A stretch of DNA of 64,000 bases from Mytilus trossulus (taxonomy: Eukaryota), in assembly GCF_036588685.1 (NCBI RefSeq), contig NC_086379.1, positions 55,800,001 to 55,864,000 on the forward strand, given 5' to 3'. Position 1 is the first letter of the stretch. Every line of letters starts with the position of its first letter. The notes under the pieces were generated by a model. The model was not told the origin of the DNA. It ran no database searches and saw only the letters and a program-made list of their open reading frames with translations. A program made the translations under genes and the position numbers. This document shows, one piece after another, positions 27,249-40,261 of the stretch.

Positions 27249-29130
27249 TTGATAAATCGAAAATAAAAACGATATGATATTATGTTAGTTCATCACAAAT
27301 ACATGAAAAAAAACCGCTAAGGAACAGCGCTTTCATTAATTGCTCTTCTTCATCTCAACAATCACAGTAAGATCTTCAACAAGGATCAAAAACTCCCACC
27401 TCATTATATGTTCAAGACGAATGAGTGAAAATTACAGCTGTATTTATACTATTAAAGGAAAAGTCCGATTTTATTAAGCCGCAACTTCTCAAAGTCGGAA
27501 AAAAATATGATATGACGTATACGTGAAGTGTTTTGTACTTCCTTAATTTGTCTTTAAAATCATTTTTTCCCCACAGAAACCGCCACTTTGAAAAAAAAAT
27601 CCAAATAAGGAGACCGTTATTGATCGTTTTACGCATTTGCCAGCATGTCTAGTGTACGTACTACCGGCGAATGAATGCATGGGATTCCTCATTGTCATCA
27701 ATTCAAAGAAATAGAATCAAATGCGTTAACCGTTCCCAAATCCTTACTGTGTCCAACTTACTACTGTGTCCAGACTCTTTGTTTCAGCATTTACTCAATT
27801 ATACAGCGATTTCGCGGGCATCTTCTAGTAACGTGTAAAATTGTACATTTGACAAAGAGTATACCAGAGAACTGTTATAAATTGCCCAACAATCTCACTG
27901 CAAGACTAGAAAAAAAACCCAGACATTTCGAGAACCACGGTGGCACATCACGATATTTTTCGATAATTTTGCAGGAAATTTTGTGAGAATGGCGAATAAA
28001 TCGAACGGATCGCATAACAATTCCAAGAAATAATCTGGCCGAACGCTTGAATATGAAGTAGCAACTTCAAGAACAAAATGATGTGTACAGACAGTTCTAC
28101 AAAAGATGTTACGGCCTTTACAGAAAATGAAAGACTTACATATAATGGATCAGAAAGAATGCATATATCTATTGCGTATTCGAGGCAAGAGCATTTATAT
28201 CGGTTACTAGTTGAAGGATTGGCAATTTGATATGGACAGAACGATCATAAAAAATGGGATTTCAATAAAAGCTGACAAAATCAAACCTTATGCTTATCAG
28301 CAATCAAAGGAACAAGAGAAACGTATTGCCATATTTTTGATTAAATGAGAACTAAATAAATATCGATAAATTAACCAATTGATTCAACATAAAAAATATT
28401 TTAGTAATCCGGCAGTGCAGCTATTATTAAAATATCAATCAGTACATATCCAACATTCAATGGATTTAGTGTAAACATTCATTAACAGTCAGAGAAAAAC
28501 ATGACCTTGTGCAATGCTTAGATATAGTTATACATCGGGAAATTGCAAAGCCATAACTGTGCATGTGAATATATATATAATGACAATAAGGCTAGTCTAG
28601 TGCACCCATTATTACTATTTATTAGTGATGCAGTTAATTTAAATTGCACGAAAATCTTACCTTGTTATTACAGGTATACAAAAATGGACAACCGATTTTC
28701 ATAAAATTTTTACTAACATTTGATGTCTACATAAATACATGACCAGGACAGTATAAATCCAGACTAATGTCATACTGTGTATTACGTAAAAAATATCAAC
28801 CAATCAGTGGGATTTATACAAAATTTAAAGACTTTTTCGGTAATTTTTTTGGTAATCCAGACATTTAATTCCTTTAAATCCTTTGAATGTTATTCATCTT
28901 CTACTCTACCATGCGTATTTAATTAAACAACGTATTAAAACATAGACCGTGTGTCTTTATTTTGCTTGATTTTTTAAATAGAAATGAATTTGAACTCGCG
29001 GACATTTTCGACAGGTCAAGTGATAGGGCTAATTAATTCAGAGTCGGATTTTAGAGGGGCTCTGGGCCCTCCTATGTGGGGAAAATTTGTTTGGTTACAA
29101 CTGAAACATGACTGGAGCGGGTCCCTTCAC

Positions 29131-29185
<55 letters not shown>
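29131..29185. repeat. (ATTG)n microsatellite
   Basis: Perfect tetranucleotide run. Confidence 0.95.
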
Positions 29186-29923
29186 TAGAGCATCCATTTT
29201 CGGAACATAAATGATTTGAGTACAAAAATAATTACTATTTGCATAATGCATCCAGGAGGAACGCTTTTTTTGTAGTTTATTGCATTTTTTTGTAATAACC
29301 ACCGGTTACTTGCCATGGGTGTTTATGGATAAATTATAATTGTCGTAACCACAAACTCATCCTTTTTACCTCGAATTTGAAATACTCGTACAGAAGTGTA
29401 TCACCGAATGTTTGATTACACGAACAAAACGACGGATGTCACATTTAGAGCAGAACCTGTTTACCCTTCCAAGGTACCTGAGATCAACCCCGGTTTTAGT
29501 TTTGGTGGGTCTCGTGTTGTGAAGTGTTTGGACTTATGTGTTCTGTTTCATGGACTATGTTTTGTTTTGTTTCGTTGGTTGTTTTTTTTTCGGGTTTTTT
29601 TGTCATGGTGTTGCCATTTTGTCTTCAACATAAGTTTGACTGTCATTTGTTACTTCCTCTTCTCTTCAGATATCTCAGTAGAATATGATATCATTAAGTG
29701 ATATTTCGAGTCGAAAATATTCGTCGGCTCTCATATCAAATACCTATCGACTGCCATTTCAAAAATAAATATTTAAAACCTCACACAAAATTGTTTTTTG
29801 GAAGTAATTTTTTTCATAGGTCCATTTGAGGAACTGAGTCATTTCATTTCCGTCGCTAATTACAGAATAAACCTTTTTTATTATGGTGCTACGTTGTGCC
29901 TTTCAACACTGTATGGGATCCCG

Positions 29924-30123
29924 CTGTTTTTAGTTTTCTATGATGTATTTTATAACTGTTTTTAGTTTTCTATGATGTATTTTATAACTGTCTTTAGTTT
30001 TCTATGATGTATTTTATTAACTGTTTTTAGTTTTCTATGATGTATTTTATAACTGTCTTTAGTTTTCTATGATGTATTTTATTAACTGTCTTTAGTTTTC
30101 TATGATGTATTTTATAACTGTTT
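29924..30123. repeat. 32/33-bp minisatellite, 6 copies, just 3' of gene B
   Basis: Unit ctgt(t/c)tttagttttctatgatgtattttat(t)aa starting at 29924, 29956, 29988, 30021, 30053, 30086. Confidence 0.95.
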
Positions 30124-30429
30124 CGACTTATCAGGTTAAATGTCCTTTGGTTATCTTTTATATGTAAGTCACATTATCTACGATAAACAGACCAACCCGT
30201 AGGTTTATCAAAAACCAGTCCACAACTGACTCTCTGAAAGAAAACTTGGTCGATTTAAATTATTTTTTTAAATTAAAAAATGCTATTCAAGTGTGCTATA
30301 TTTATTTTTTTACTGCCTTAAATGCAATAAGTTTATTTTAAATGCTTTACCTTATTATAGTTTTTCATGTATTAAATGACGTTTCCGTTTTTCGGGTATT
30401 TATTCTTAAAGAGAAGTTGACCAGTTAAT

Positions 30430-30658
30430 CTATGATAATGATAAGCTTGATGCATTTGAGTTATACTTTTTACTATCTGTAACTATAGAAGACTGATCAG
30501 CTGTCGAGTTAAGGAGTTTAGGGATGTCCTTGAGCCAGAAATCTACTCGGTCTTTGTACATGTCTTTGTCAGATGATATGGTAACATCCAAAATCTGATA
30601 AGCTTTGTTACTCTGTGTATAGGGTGACCAGCTTGGAAGTTTCTCATCATTCGGATCT
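30430..30658 (-). CDS. Carboxylesterase gene B, terminal exon (GDPN..WSPY..RVDFW..SSLSLS*), no Thr stalk or hydrophobic tail
   Basis: Acceptor tttttcag at 30659; in frame with donor at 31274; TAG at 30430-30432. Confidence 0.88.
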
Positions 30659-31274
30659 CTGAAAAAAAGATAAACGGTTTAATGACACTCTAGGGATTAT
30701 TTTCAAGCGTGAATACTTTTTGTATTGATATTTTAATTCAAATTTTCATTTTACTTTTTTTTTGAAAGGTATTAATGCAGAAAGAAAATCAAAACAGGTA
30801 TCATTGGATATTTGTGGCGTCATCGAAAAGACCTTCAACGTGTTTCTGTGAAAAATGCCATACACTTTGGTCGATGTTCAAATGGTATTGTACCAACTAC
30901 CAGTGTTTGTCGGTATGAACCATATGTATTATATAGATATGTGTCTGCATGGTACATGCATCTGCTAAAAATATTCATTTATTTGTTCATTTATTTACTC
31001 TACCCTGAAGATGTATAATATTTGCCACTGGATGGTAAACAAGCGTCAATAAAGCAGTACATCCATACATATTGAAATCTCCCGTTTCAAATGCAAGATT
31101 AGACACCAACTTACTTAGATTATCAGTGCTTAAATGAAATTCGTACTTTTTTATGCACCAAATCGGCTTAATTTTATACAAGAAAGAAAGAAAACTGTCT
31201 AAACTTGCGCTCTGCAAACATTAATTTGGTTCCTTCTAATACCAAAGAAACTTTTTATCAAGATGTGTACCTAC

Positions 31275-32680
31275 CCGTATTTTGCAAAGTTGGTCCAGTA
31301 TTTCATCACAGTTAAGCTTAGTGTTAAATCTTCAGATGTGTTTGAAAGGAAGTCATAAAACGGAAAGAGCAATGGTATTTCTGATGCATGACTTGCTCCT
31401 TCAAACCACAATGGTATTCTTTTGCTGAGGATAGTTCTCTTGGTACTTAAATATTGAAATGTCTTTGATAATGGAGTTCCATCAGAGTGAAAATTTAACG
31501 TTTCAACCGTTTTACTGTAGAAATAAATATCCCCATAATAGTAAACGCTGTTCATACTGCGGTAAAGTCCTAAGGAATAACCATATTTTTGGCAAACAGC
31601 CGGTGCTATTTTAGTGTTGTTGTTGTAGTCGTCCAAAGCCATTGTTGTTGCTAAGTGATTACACAATACAGACCGAGGAATTCCGAGATCTATGTTAAAT
31701 CGGTATGCTTTCTGTAACCTTGTCAACGGATTACCAAGAAGTAAGGAGCCTTCAGAATTAACATTACCAACAATCATGTCCAGTGAACGGAAAAACATGT
31801 AAGCTTCGGAAGACCGGTTCTTCAGAAGAATTTTTGGGTGGTCCATAAGCAAATCTCGGTCTACCCTTGGTGCAAACACGAGAAAATCGTGAGGGTCTGT
31901 AACTGGTAAACTGTACAGGAAGTTGTATGCATTTTGGACATCAGCGGCCGATTTATTTTTCAGACATTTTATTTCTTCAGACTGCTGGGGAGACGTACAC
32001 TTTAAAACGTTTATAATCCTGTTCGTGTAATATGTTATATTAAATTCGGTTGCGACAAAGGAAGTGGAGACTCCGCTTTGTGCAATCACGCGGTTAAATA
32101 AACCTTTATTCTGTGGAATCAGGCTATGTAAAGAAACACTAAAACCGCCGGCAGATTCTCCAAATATAGTAACGTTACTGGTATCTCCCCCAAACGCTTC
32201 AATGTTGTCCTTAACCCATTCAATAGCCATTTTCTGGTCCCAAAGTCCATAATTTCCGACAGCATTTTCGTTCCCAGTACTTAGAAATCCAAAAACACCA
32301 AGACGGTAGTTCACTGTGACAATGATGACGTCACCGACTGATGCCATATATGCACCATTATATAACATTCCTGTGCCAGTAATATATGATCCTCCATGAA
32401 TCCAAATCATTACAGCCTTTTTGGCAGCGGACGACAATTTACTGGTTGGGACGTAGATGTTAAGAAATAAACAATCTTCAGATATGGTATAATTGTTAGG
32501 AATGAATCCACTAACTATTTCGGAAGGTTGTCCCTGAATACAAGCACTTCCAAAATATGTAGCGTTCAATGTTTGATTCCAGGAACCAAACGCAACAGGT
32601 TTTTGAAATCTTAGATCTCCCACTGGTGGTTTCGCAAATGGAATACGCCTGAATTCATTATAAGTGTAGTTTTGAGGACC
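31275..32680 (-). CDS. Carboxylesterase gene B, main exon 3' part: intact catalytic machinery (WIHGG, GESAG, NSEG, GASHASEI)
   Basis: Canonical type-B carboxylesterase motifs; donor gg|gtaggt at 31274; cut off from its N-terminus by a transposon; 582 aa when restored. Confidence 0.92.
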
Positions 32681-33404
32681 AATAACACGGGTGTCATTCG
32701 GTTTATCGAGAGAAATGAGCGTGAAAGAATATCTAACGGCGGTCAAGTATTGAGCGACGATCGTGAAAGCTCTGGTAACGGATCGTGAAAGACATTTAAT
32801 GGAAATTCTAGGTCAGAATCTTTTAAAATATCGCTTAATTTTCAAAACGCGGAACAAATCCAAACAAAAAAATATGTCTGTCAAAATGGTTTAACTTCCC
32901 AAACATTACTGTGAAATAAGAAAGAGAAAATATGCAGTACTTTATGAAAAAACACAAAAGGCGCAATGCATATCTATGAAATTAATTACAAATAACACGC
33001 TTTTTGTTACTATAATGGTCATGTTTCAGTTCATCGTGATATATTTGGAATTTAATCTTTGGTGTATCTGATAGTACAGTAAATTTAAGGTATGTTCTTC
33101 TCTTAAAAGCATTAATTTGTATATGAAAACCTTGAATTTGTTGAATATCCATCAAACTTTATCGTGAAAGATCAGGCAACGCATTATTTTGATCGTGAAA
33201 GATAATGCGTGACCAGACTTATTACTCGTAATCAGAAATCAGTATTTCTTTTACCATTTGATAAACCTGCAACTGGTTGAAACCTGTAACTATATATTTT
33301 GATAAGGATGACATTAAAGCTATTTTTTTTTATTCAACGCTTTACCTCGAAAGTTAAAAGAACAACAACTAAAACATCTCTAAATAAGTTTAGTTTAAAC
33401 ATAT

Positions 33405-33738
33405 TTATTTATAGTGGATTGGGAAACAAGTTTTGCAACTTATATTAATCCCTTTCCACTTTGCGGATGCGAGTGCTGCCTTGTAGCGGCATTAGCCTAC
33501 TCTTTTTCGAAATCTACAAGGGTGTCTTTAACGTGCAAGAGATATGGCTCTCTCTTAACACGGGTCAGCCATTTATTGTCCCCGTCCGACGGACTATCAT
33601 CGTTTCCTCAAGACCATACTCGCAAATGGTGTCAAGGGAGAGCCGAAAATTGATTTCCTGAAATTTTCATCCCAAACGGGAATCGAACCAGGAACCTTTG
33701 TGTAAGAAGTCCGATGCACTAACCACTACACCACGGCT
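33405..33738 (-). mobile_element. tRNA-derived SINE with Deu/Nin-like central domain, nested in the TIR element
   Basis: A box tggtgtagtgg and B box ggttcgattcc; body contains gcacgttaaagacaccc...ttcgaaaaagagtagg; related fragment at ~38495-38570. Confidence 0.75.
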
Positions 33739-34629
33739 TGAAAGATTTAGCTCTGAGAATCGGTCAAGTGCAATTCAGGCAGGCTGACACTATTTACCAA
33801 TAGCCAATAATATGGATATGCAACGTTTAAACCAAAATAATATCCATCAAACAAAAAATTACAGCAAAACAGCATCTTTCATGAGTAATTTGAGATTGAA
33901 CGATGACCAACATTTTGTGCAACAATACTTTCTTAAGTTCTGTATATACAACGCAGATGTGGATTGATTTAACTATATACTACAGACTATAGAATACCAG
34001 ATCGCAAATGCTGTAATGTCTCGTCTGCTTTACTTATGATAGTTAATTTTATGGAACGTCTATAATATCAAGGGTTTTACTAGAAGTGTCAAAATTAATG
34101 CGCTTAATGCGCTTAATGTATTTTTGTCCATCTGATGATTTAAGCCTTTTCAATTGATTTTTATAGTTCGTTCTTATGTTGTACAGTTATACCACTGTCC
34201 CAGATTCGGGGGAGGGTTGGGACCCCACTAACGTGTCTAACCCCGCCACATTGTTAATGTATGTGCCTGTCCAAAGTCAGGAGCCTGTAATTCAGTGGTT
34301 GTTGATTGTTTATGCGATACATTTTTGGTTTTCGTTTTTTTTTTTTTATACAAATAAGGCCGTTAGTTTTCTCGTTTGAATTGTTTTACATTGTCACTAT
34401 GGAGGCCTTTTATAGCTGACTAATAAATAAATCACTTCCAATTACTTTGCTATCTAATATCAGATTTTCTATATTTTTTAATGAATAGATATAACTTTAC
34501 ATGTACAAATATCTAAGTCGATGGAATATTATCCAACTCAACGAAAGGTGGGGAGAATCAGAGACGGTAAGGGCTTGAATTATTCGAGTTATATTTTACC
34601 CAAGCCTTTATATTAAGTTCTTAAAACTT

Positions 34630-34890
34630 ATTAATTAACTCTAGCATGTCTAGCTGTAGAATTTATAAATCAATGTAGCCGTAGAATTTATAAATTAATT
34701 CTGGCCGTATAGAATTTATAAAAGCTGTTCTAGAGTAGAACTGCCAGGATCAGTTCTAGGTAGAACTGTCCAAATCAGTTCTAGGTAGATCTGGCCAAAT
34801 CAGTTCTAGTTAGAACAGTTCTAACCTAGAACTGACTAAAAGGTGTCAGACTGACAGTTCTATGTACTGTTCTAGAACAGTTCTCCTGAC
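34630..34890. repeat. Short direct/inverted repeat patch (tagaatttataaa; cagttcta/tagaactg)
   Basis: Iterated motifs resembling subterminal repeats of another element. Confidence 0.6.
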
Positions 34891-35860
34891 AGATTTAATG
34901 AGAGGTTAGAAGTGATCTCCACTGTATATATCCAAAGGCTAGACAACATAAAACGAGCATTGCAGAAAGATGTATGAAAATGGGTTCAATGTCAGTTGAA
35001 ACCTTGCAGAAGTCGAAAATGTACACCTCACAATCATAACAACAGACACTTGTCCTAAAGCTTAACGAATCCGCGATACGGACTTGACCACAAAAATGAA
35101 TCTTCATCCATGAAATAAGGCAAATTCGGGGTCAGGTGAATCCTGTCTGGCGGACATGTAGTTTATAGGATCCAATATACCAAATGTGGGTATCCTATAC
35201 TTTATATTTATACTTTGAAAAGCTTAAACCTATTGAGGATGTTGAACTATATAGCTTTTCTCAATACCAATAACAAATATTAACTATGATATAATTGAAG
35301 AATAATTTGAACGTCTTCGTAGCATCGGGTCTTTCGCGATCCTTTTCACGATCTTCAAAAATACGGTATGTGATCTTTCACGATCCAAAAAAATCCATTT
35401 TTGTGTAATAGTTCTTTATTTACCAAGTTTCAGATTATGTTTATGCAAAATAACTATAAGAACCATTTGATTAATTCAAATAGAATGCCCTTATTCGTAT
35501 TAAACTAGGTTTTCTAGTCGAATTTGTGAAAAAATCATGTTTGTTTACATTTTTTATGTCATTGAAATATCGAGAAGCAATCTGCCTTTTGTTGTTTTGT
35601 AATAACTATGTACTTTTAAAACTCGATATTCTCACATACTAATCATAATGTTGAACCATTTTGACAGACAGTGTTATTTTGTCGTAAATTTGCTTCTGTA
35701 ATTTATTAAATTATAATATGTATTGACCTTTCATATGTCTTCTCGATTAAATGTCTTTCACGATCCGTTACCAGAACTTTCACGATCGTCGCTCAATACT
35801 TGACCGCCGTTAGATATTCTTTCACGCTCATTTCTCTCGATAAACCGAATGATACCCGTG

Positions 35861-35974
35861 AATAACCTTAGACTGGTGCAAGCCAGTTATTTTTCCTATT
35901 GGAGTATCTATGGTTACCGTGTTCTGACAAACTGCAAGCGACACATACATAACAAAAATGAGTAAATGCAGCAT
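35861..35974 (-). CDS. Carboxylesterase gene B, N-terminal 38 codons (signal peptide MLHLLIFVMYVSLAVC, then QNTVTIDTPIGKITG)
   Basis: Acceptor tttcag at 35985-35990; typical V-x-T-x-x-G-x-I-x-G start of the fold; in frame with 32680 once the transposon and one TSD are removed; not in the ORF track. Confidence 0.9.
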
Positions 35975-36214
35975 ACTGTTTTGTCTGAAATACAAATTAA
36001 TCGAAATGTGTTTGGATTATAGCGTCCCTTTGGGTTTTGTTCATTGTTGAAAGCCTTACGGTGACCTACATGTACTTACTACTTCCTTTGGTCTATCGTA
36101 GAGAATTGTTTCAGTGAGACTACGTCCCTCTTATTTTATATATACATATGTTATATGAATAATGCTGAATTTAAGGCGTTTCAAGGGTATAGGTAGTTAA
36201 ATTAGTTATATATA

Positions 36215-36456
36215 TAATTAAGAATTGAATGCTTCTTTTTGTAACTTTATTGGGTTGTAAAAGCGTTGACAAAAGTACATTTTGTATGAAGCGCTGAAGC
36301 ACTTCGTTCTAAAAATGTGCACACGGTCATCGCTTTTACAACCCTATAAAGTTACAAAAAGAAGCATTCAATACTTATAATTACATGTTTAGCTACTAGA
36401 ATCATGAAAACACGAATTTTATATAAAAAAATATTTAATTCACCTGTGCACTTTAT
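36215..36456. mobile_element. Hairpin-plus-tail repeat, copy 2 (tail truncated)
   Basis: Same palindrome as 12536. Confidence 0.8.
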
Positions 36457-38149
36457 ACAGACACAATTAATAAACATATGGTTTGTCATATGTAATTCAT
36501 ATATACTTTGGGCCCTATTCTTCTTTTTTATTCCTTATTTAGTTGGTTGTCTTCTGTGTGCCTGTCTTGAACACTTCTGCGTACAAATTGCTTCTATTTT
36601 GAATTTTTGAAGGGCAAACAAATCATGCCGTATCAAGGTCATTGTGCTTAATCATACATTATCAATATGGACTATTATCTGAAAAGATTTACCTTTATCA
36701 ACAAAAATGTTTTCACAGAGGCATACTTTGAAGGGGGAACGGGCCCTCCCCCTTATATGATACAAACATATTCTTTTTACAAGTATCACTCCAAACTTGC
36801 ACCCCCCCCTATTTTTTCAAAATCATAGATCCGCACATGCCTCATTAATATTCAAAGCAATAAGGAAAACAAAAAAATTTGACGTCTTTACACCAAATCC
36901 ATTGTACCTAAAACTGACGGATATTGCTTTTTTTGGGTACATTTTTTTAAATTTTACTTTGCAATTGGAAACTTGCTGTAAGTAAACGCGTGAAATCTCA
37001 GATCGGTGCATTTTGACTTAAAAATATTTTTATACCGGGAAGTTGTTTTGGTAACGTTACACCATTGTCTCATATTCAGGAGTGTTGTACACCCGTGTTT
37101 AACACGCCACATTCTACATGTACCTGTCCAAAGACCGAAGCCTGTAATTTAGAAGTTGTTTGTATATATTTTTTTCCCCTTTCAATTATTGTTTTGTTCA
37201 TAAATTAAGCCTTCGGTTTTCTCGTTTGAATGTTCTTTTATAGCTTGCTATGCGGCATGTTTTTTGTTATTTTTTGAAGGCCACGTATCATGATGATATA
37301 CAGTTTATTTATAGTCATTTGGTCTCTGGTGGAAATTTGTCTCATTGGCAAACAAACAATATCCTCTAATTTTATTCTGATTTTTAACAAGTATATATTG
37401 AATGTGCACATGGTGGGTCCAAACATGTTTTGATTGCCAAACCCGCCCCAAACCTGAGACAGCGACGTGGAAGCACAGCAGAGTAGCAAACTGTAAAAAT
37501 CAGCTGAAATGGCTTGACTAATCAGACTAACACGTAGAATAAACAAAACTAACAAAATTAACCCAAATAAATCTAAGAGTATCCGCGGTTACTGAAAGCT
37601 AGAATAAAGCCAAAAACAACTATGTGTGCATTTATAGATAGTTGTATCTTGATGAAATAATAACAATAACACTACTGATATATTAATAATACATAATTGT
37701 AATGAGCACGAAAAAACATATATAAAACGTATATAGATATACAACTTTTACAACAATTAAATTTTTTTTAAAATGGAACTAAGACTATTCAAAAAAAAAT
37801 CATCAAGAAAACAATGTAAATTTGTCCATTATAATACAAAATTTATGAAACACCCATTGGTAGATGTTTCATACATTCAGCAATGATCAAGTGTAACTCG
37901 AGTTGTCATATTCGTTTTAAATTGTATGTGCACAAAGCATGTGTTTCATCTACAATCGTTATGCATGCTAGTGTCCAAAAGTTCTTGGAGCTTAAACATT
38001 TCGTTGCATAAGAAACAAAATAGTCTTAAGTTAGCAAAATACACTCACCCACTGACAATGGCTAGTTGCTTTAGTGATACAACTATGATCGCTGATAATA
38101 AACGATAATGTGACGAATTAGGACATTCAAATGAAGATATGGGGATGAC

Positions 38150-38338
38150 AGTCATAAGACAAAACCGAATTATGAAAGTCACAAGTCAAAACCAAATTAT
38201 GATAGTCACAAGTCAAAAGCAAATTATGATAGTCACATGTCAAGTCAAAATCGAATTATGATAGTCACAAGTCAAAATCGAATTATGATAGTCACAAGTC
38301 AAAACCGAATAATGATAGTCACAAGTCAAAACCGAATC
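38150..38338. repeat. 27-bp minisatellite, ~7 copies
   Basis: Unit gtcacaagtcaaaaccgaattatgata. Confidence 0.9.
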
Positions 38339-39650
38339 AACTACAAAGTAACAATATAAGGACTTTCATGGCTTCTCTACTAAATGTCTTAAAGAAACGA
38401 AAATTCACACTCAATATTAATTTAATTTAAACATATTCATATACAGCGGATTGGGAAATAATTTATTACAGCTTAAATTAAATCCTTTTTCTCTTAGCGG
38501 GTGCGACAGCTGTCTTGTTGCAGCTTAGCTTGATCTTTTACGATATCTACAAGGGTATCGTTTACGTGCAAAAAGAGTCGTCTTTCAGTTACTAAAGCTG
38601 ATTAAAGGCAAAAAAAAATCAATTATTAATAAAATGATCATTTAATCAGAGACTAAAATCAACTGAACACATCCTAGGGATTTAGTGTTTTAACTTCATG
38701 ATGGACAGCAAAAGAAGACATGACTAGTGAAATACATGAATAAAATCTACAGGCAGTAGGACAGTTAGGATTTAACGTTTTAATAAATATATTCAATATC
38801 ATATATAGATAAAGTGATCTTGTTCATATTGTCATCTATTTTATATCTAATCCATAACATAACATTTACTGATATCTGCTAATCCTAACCTCTCGTATTA
38901 TCGAAGAGTCCATAATTCTTTTTAATGCAGTAAGATAAACGTCTTGTTATATAATACTTAATAGCGTGTTATTTTTTTCTTTTATCTGTCTTTATGAATA
39001 TTACTTTTACTATTTAGTCTGTTTTTGGTTGAACCCATTTGACGTGGCTCTGTACTTATACATCCCGTCATTGAATTATTAACTATGGTATTTTTGTATT
39101 ATAGTCTTTCATTTTTGCTAATGTGCTTTGTCTATATACCTTGTTGTGTTTCTTTGAAACATGACGTGGCTTTGTGCTTATACATCCCGTCATTGTGTTA
39201 TTAACTATAATGGTATTTTTGTATTCTTGTCTTTCATTATTGCTAATGTGCTTTCACTTCCTTGTTATCAATTATTTTTTTTATAGTAGTTTAGATCATA
39301 ACACAATGTTGACTGCTGTACCCTTTATTTTGACATTTTTACCTATTTTGTCTGTTTGCTTTGTTCACACTTCTTTGTCAATATAATGGAATTTTATCCG
39401 ACTGTCATACAAGTGAGATATTAAGCTAGCTATGAAACCAGGTTTAATCCATCATCTTCTGTTATTCATTCGTTTGATGTTTTAAATTTTTTGATTTTGC
39501 CATTTAATAAGGGACTTTCAGTTTTGAATTCTTCTCGGAGTTCCGTATTTTTGTTGACATTACATTTTGCATGCCCGTATTTACATTGTATTCTATAGTA
39601 ACATAGTAGATTCTTAGTGTTGCTGATAAATCATTAATCGCGCATTTCAT

Positions 39651-40010
39651 TTAAGAATTGAATGCTTCTTTTTGTAAATTTATTGGGGTGTAAAAGCGTT
39701 GACCGAAGTACATTTTGTATGAAGCGCTTCCCATTCTAAAAATGTACGCACGGTCAACGCTTTTACAACCCTATAAAGTTACAAAAAAGAAGCATTCAAT
39801 ACTTTTAATTACTTTTTTTAGCTAGGATCATTAAAACACGATTTCTATCAAGTTTTTGTTTAATTCACCTGTGCACTTTATTGTGGGACCTCGTGTCATC
39901 ATGAATGATAAGTTTTATTGAGTGATGCAATTGCTTACGGAATAACATGTGATGTGAAGTTAGCCAATCAGAATAACGTGTTATAATGAAACATGCATCT
40001 AATGTAATTA
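39651..40010. mobile_element. Hairpin-plus-tail repeat, copy 3
   Basis: Full-length match to 12536-12891. Confidence 0.8.
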
Positions 40011-40137
40011 TTTACACAAATGTCTCCAAATTTTTTTTTCATGGATAAAGAAAATTTTGATGTACCTGTAGAAACCCGAGTTTATCATCAGCCAATTAGT
40101 AAGTATTGCTGCGTTTACATGAATTATCATTAATATG

Positions 40138-40261
40138 GTCATAATTATAAATTGACTACAAAACTTTTAAAGTTCAAAATTTTTGAACTTTAAAAGTTTT
40201 GTAGTCAATTTATAATTATTTTTGAACTTTAAAAGTTTTGTAGTCAATTTATAATTATGAC
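40138..40261. repeat. Perfect palindrome (39-bp arms) with duplicated right arm
   Basis: 40141-40179 is the exact reverse complement of 40181-40219; the right arm repeats at 40220-40261. Confidence 0.9.

Larger units (their letters stand above)
32686..35860. mobile_element. 3175-bp non-autonomous TIR transposon (CAC...GTG, 5-bp TSD; Transib/CMC-like) inserted in the gene B coding exon
   Basis: 115-bp TIRs (32686-32800, 35746-35860) with 2 mismatches; AATAA at 32681-32685 and 35861-35865; excision restores the frame HQSKVI-GPQNY. Confidence 0.93.

Noticed and set aside
32681-32746. ORF-track N-terminus MTAVRYSFTLISLDKPNDTR for gene B
   Set aside because: TTG start inside the transposon TIR; the real ATG and signal peptide are at 35974
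33670-33738. tRNA-like sequence on the minus strand
   Set aside because: No proper acceptor stem or anticodon arm, and it continues into a SINE body; it is a SINE head, not a tRNA gene
34127-34170. CTGATGA motif (also at 57785 on the minus strand) as a hammerhead core
   Set aside because: No downstream stem II plus GAAA at a suitable distance
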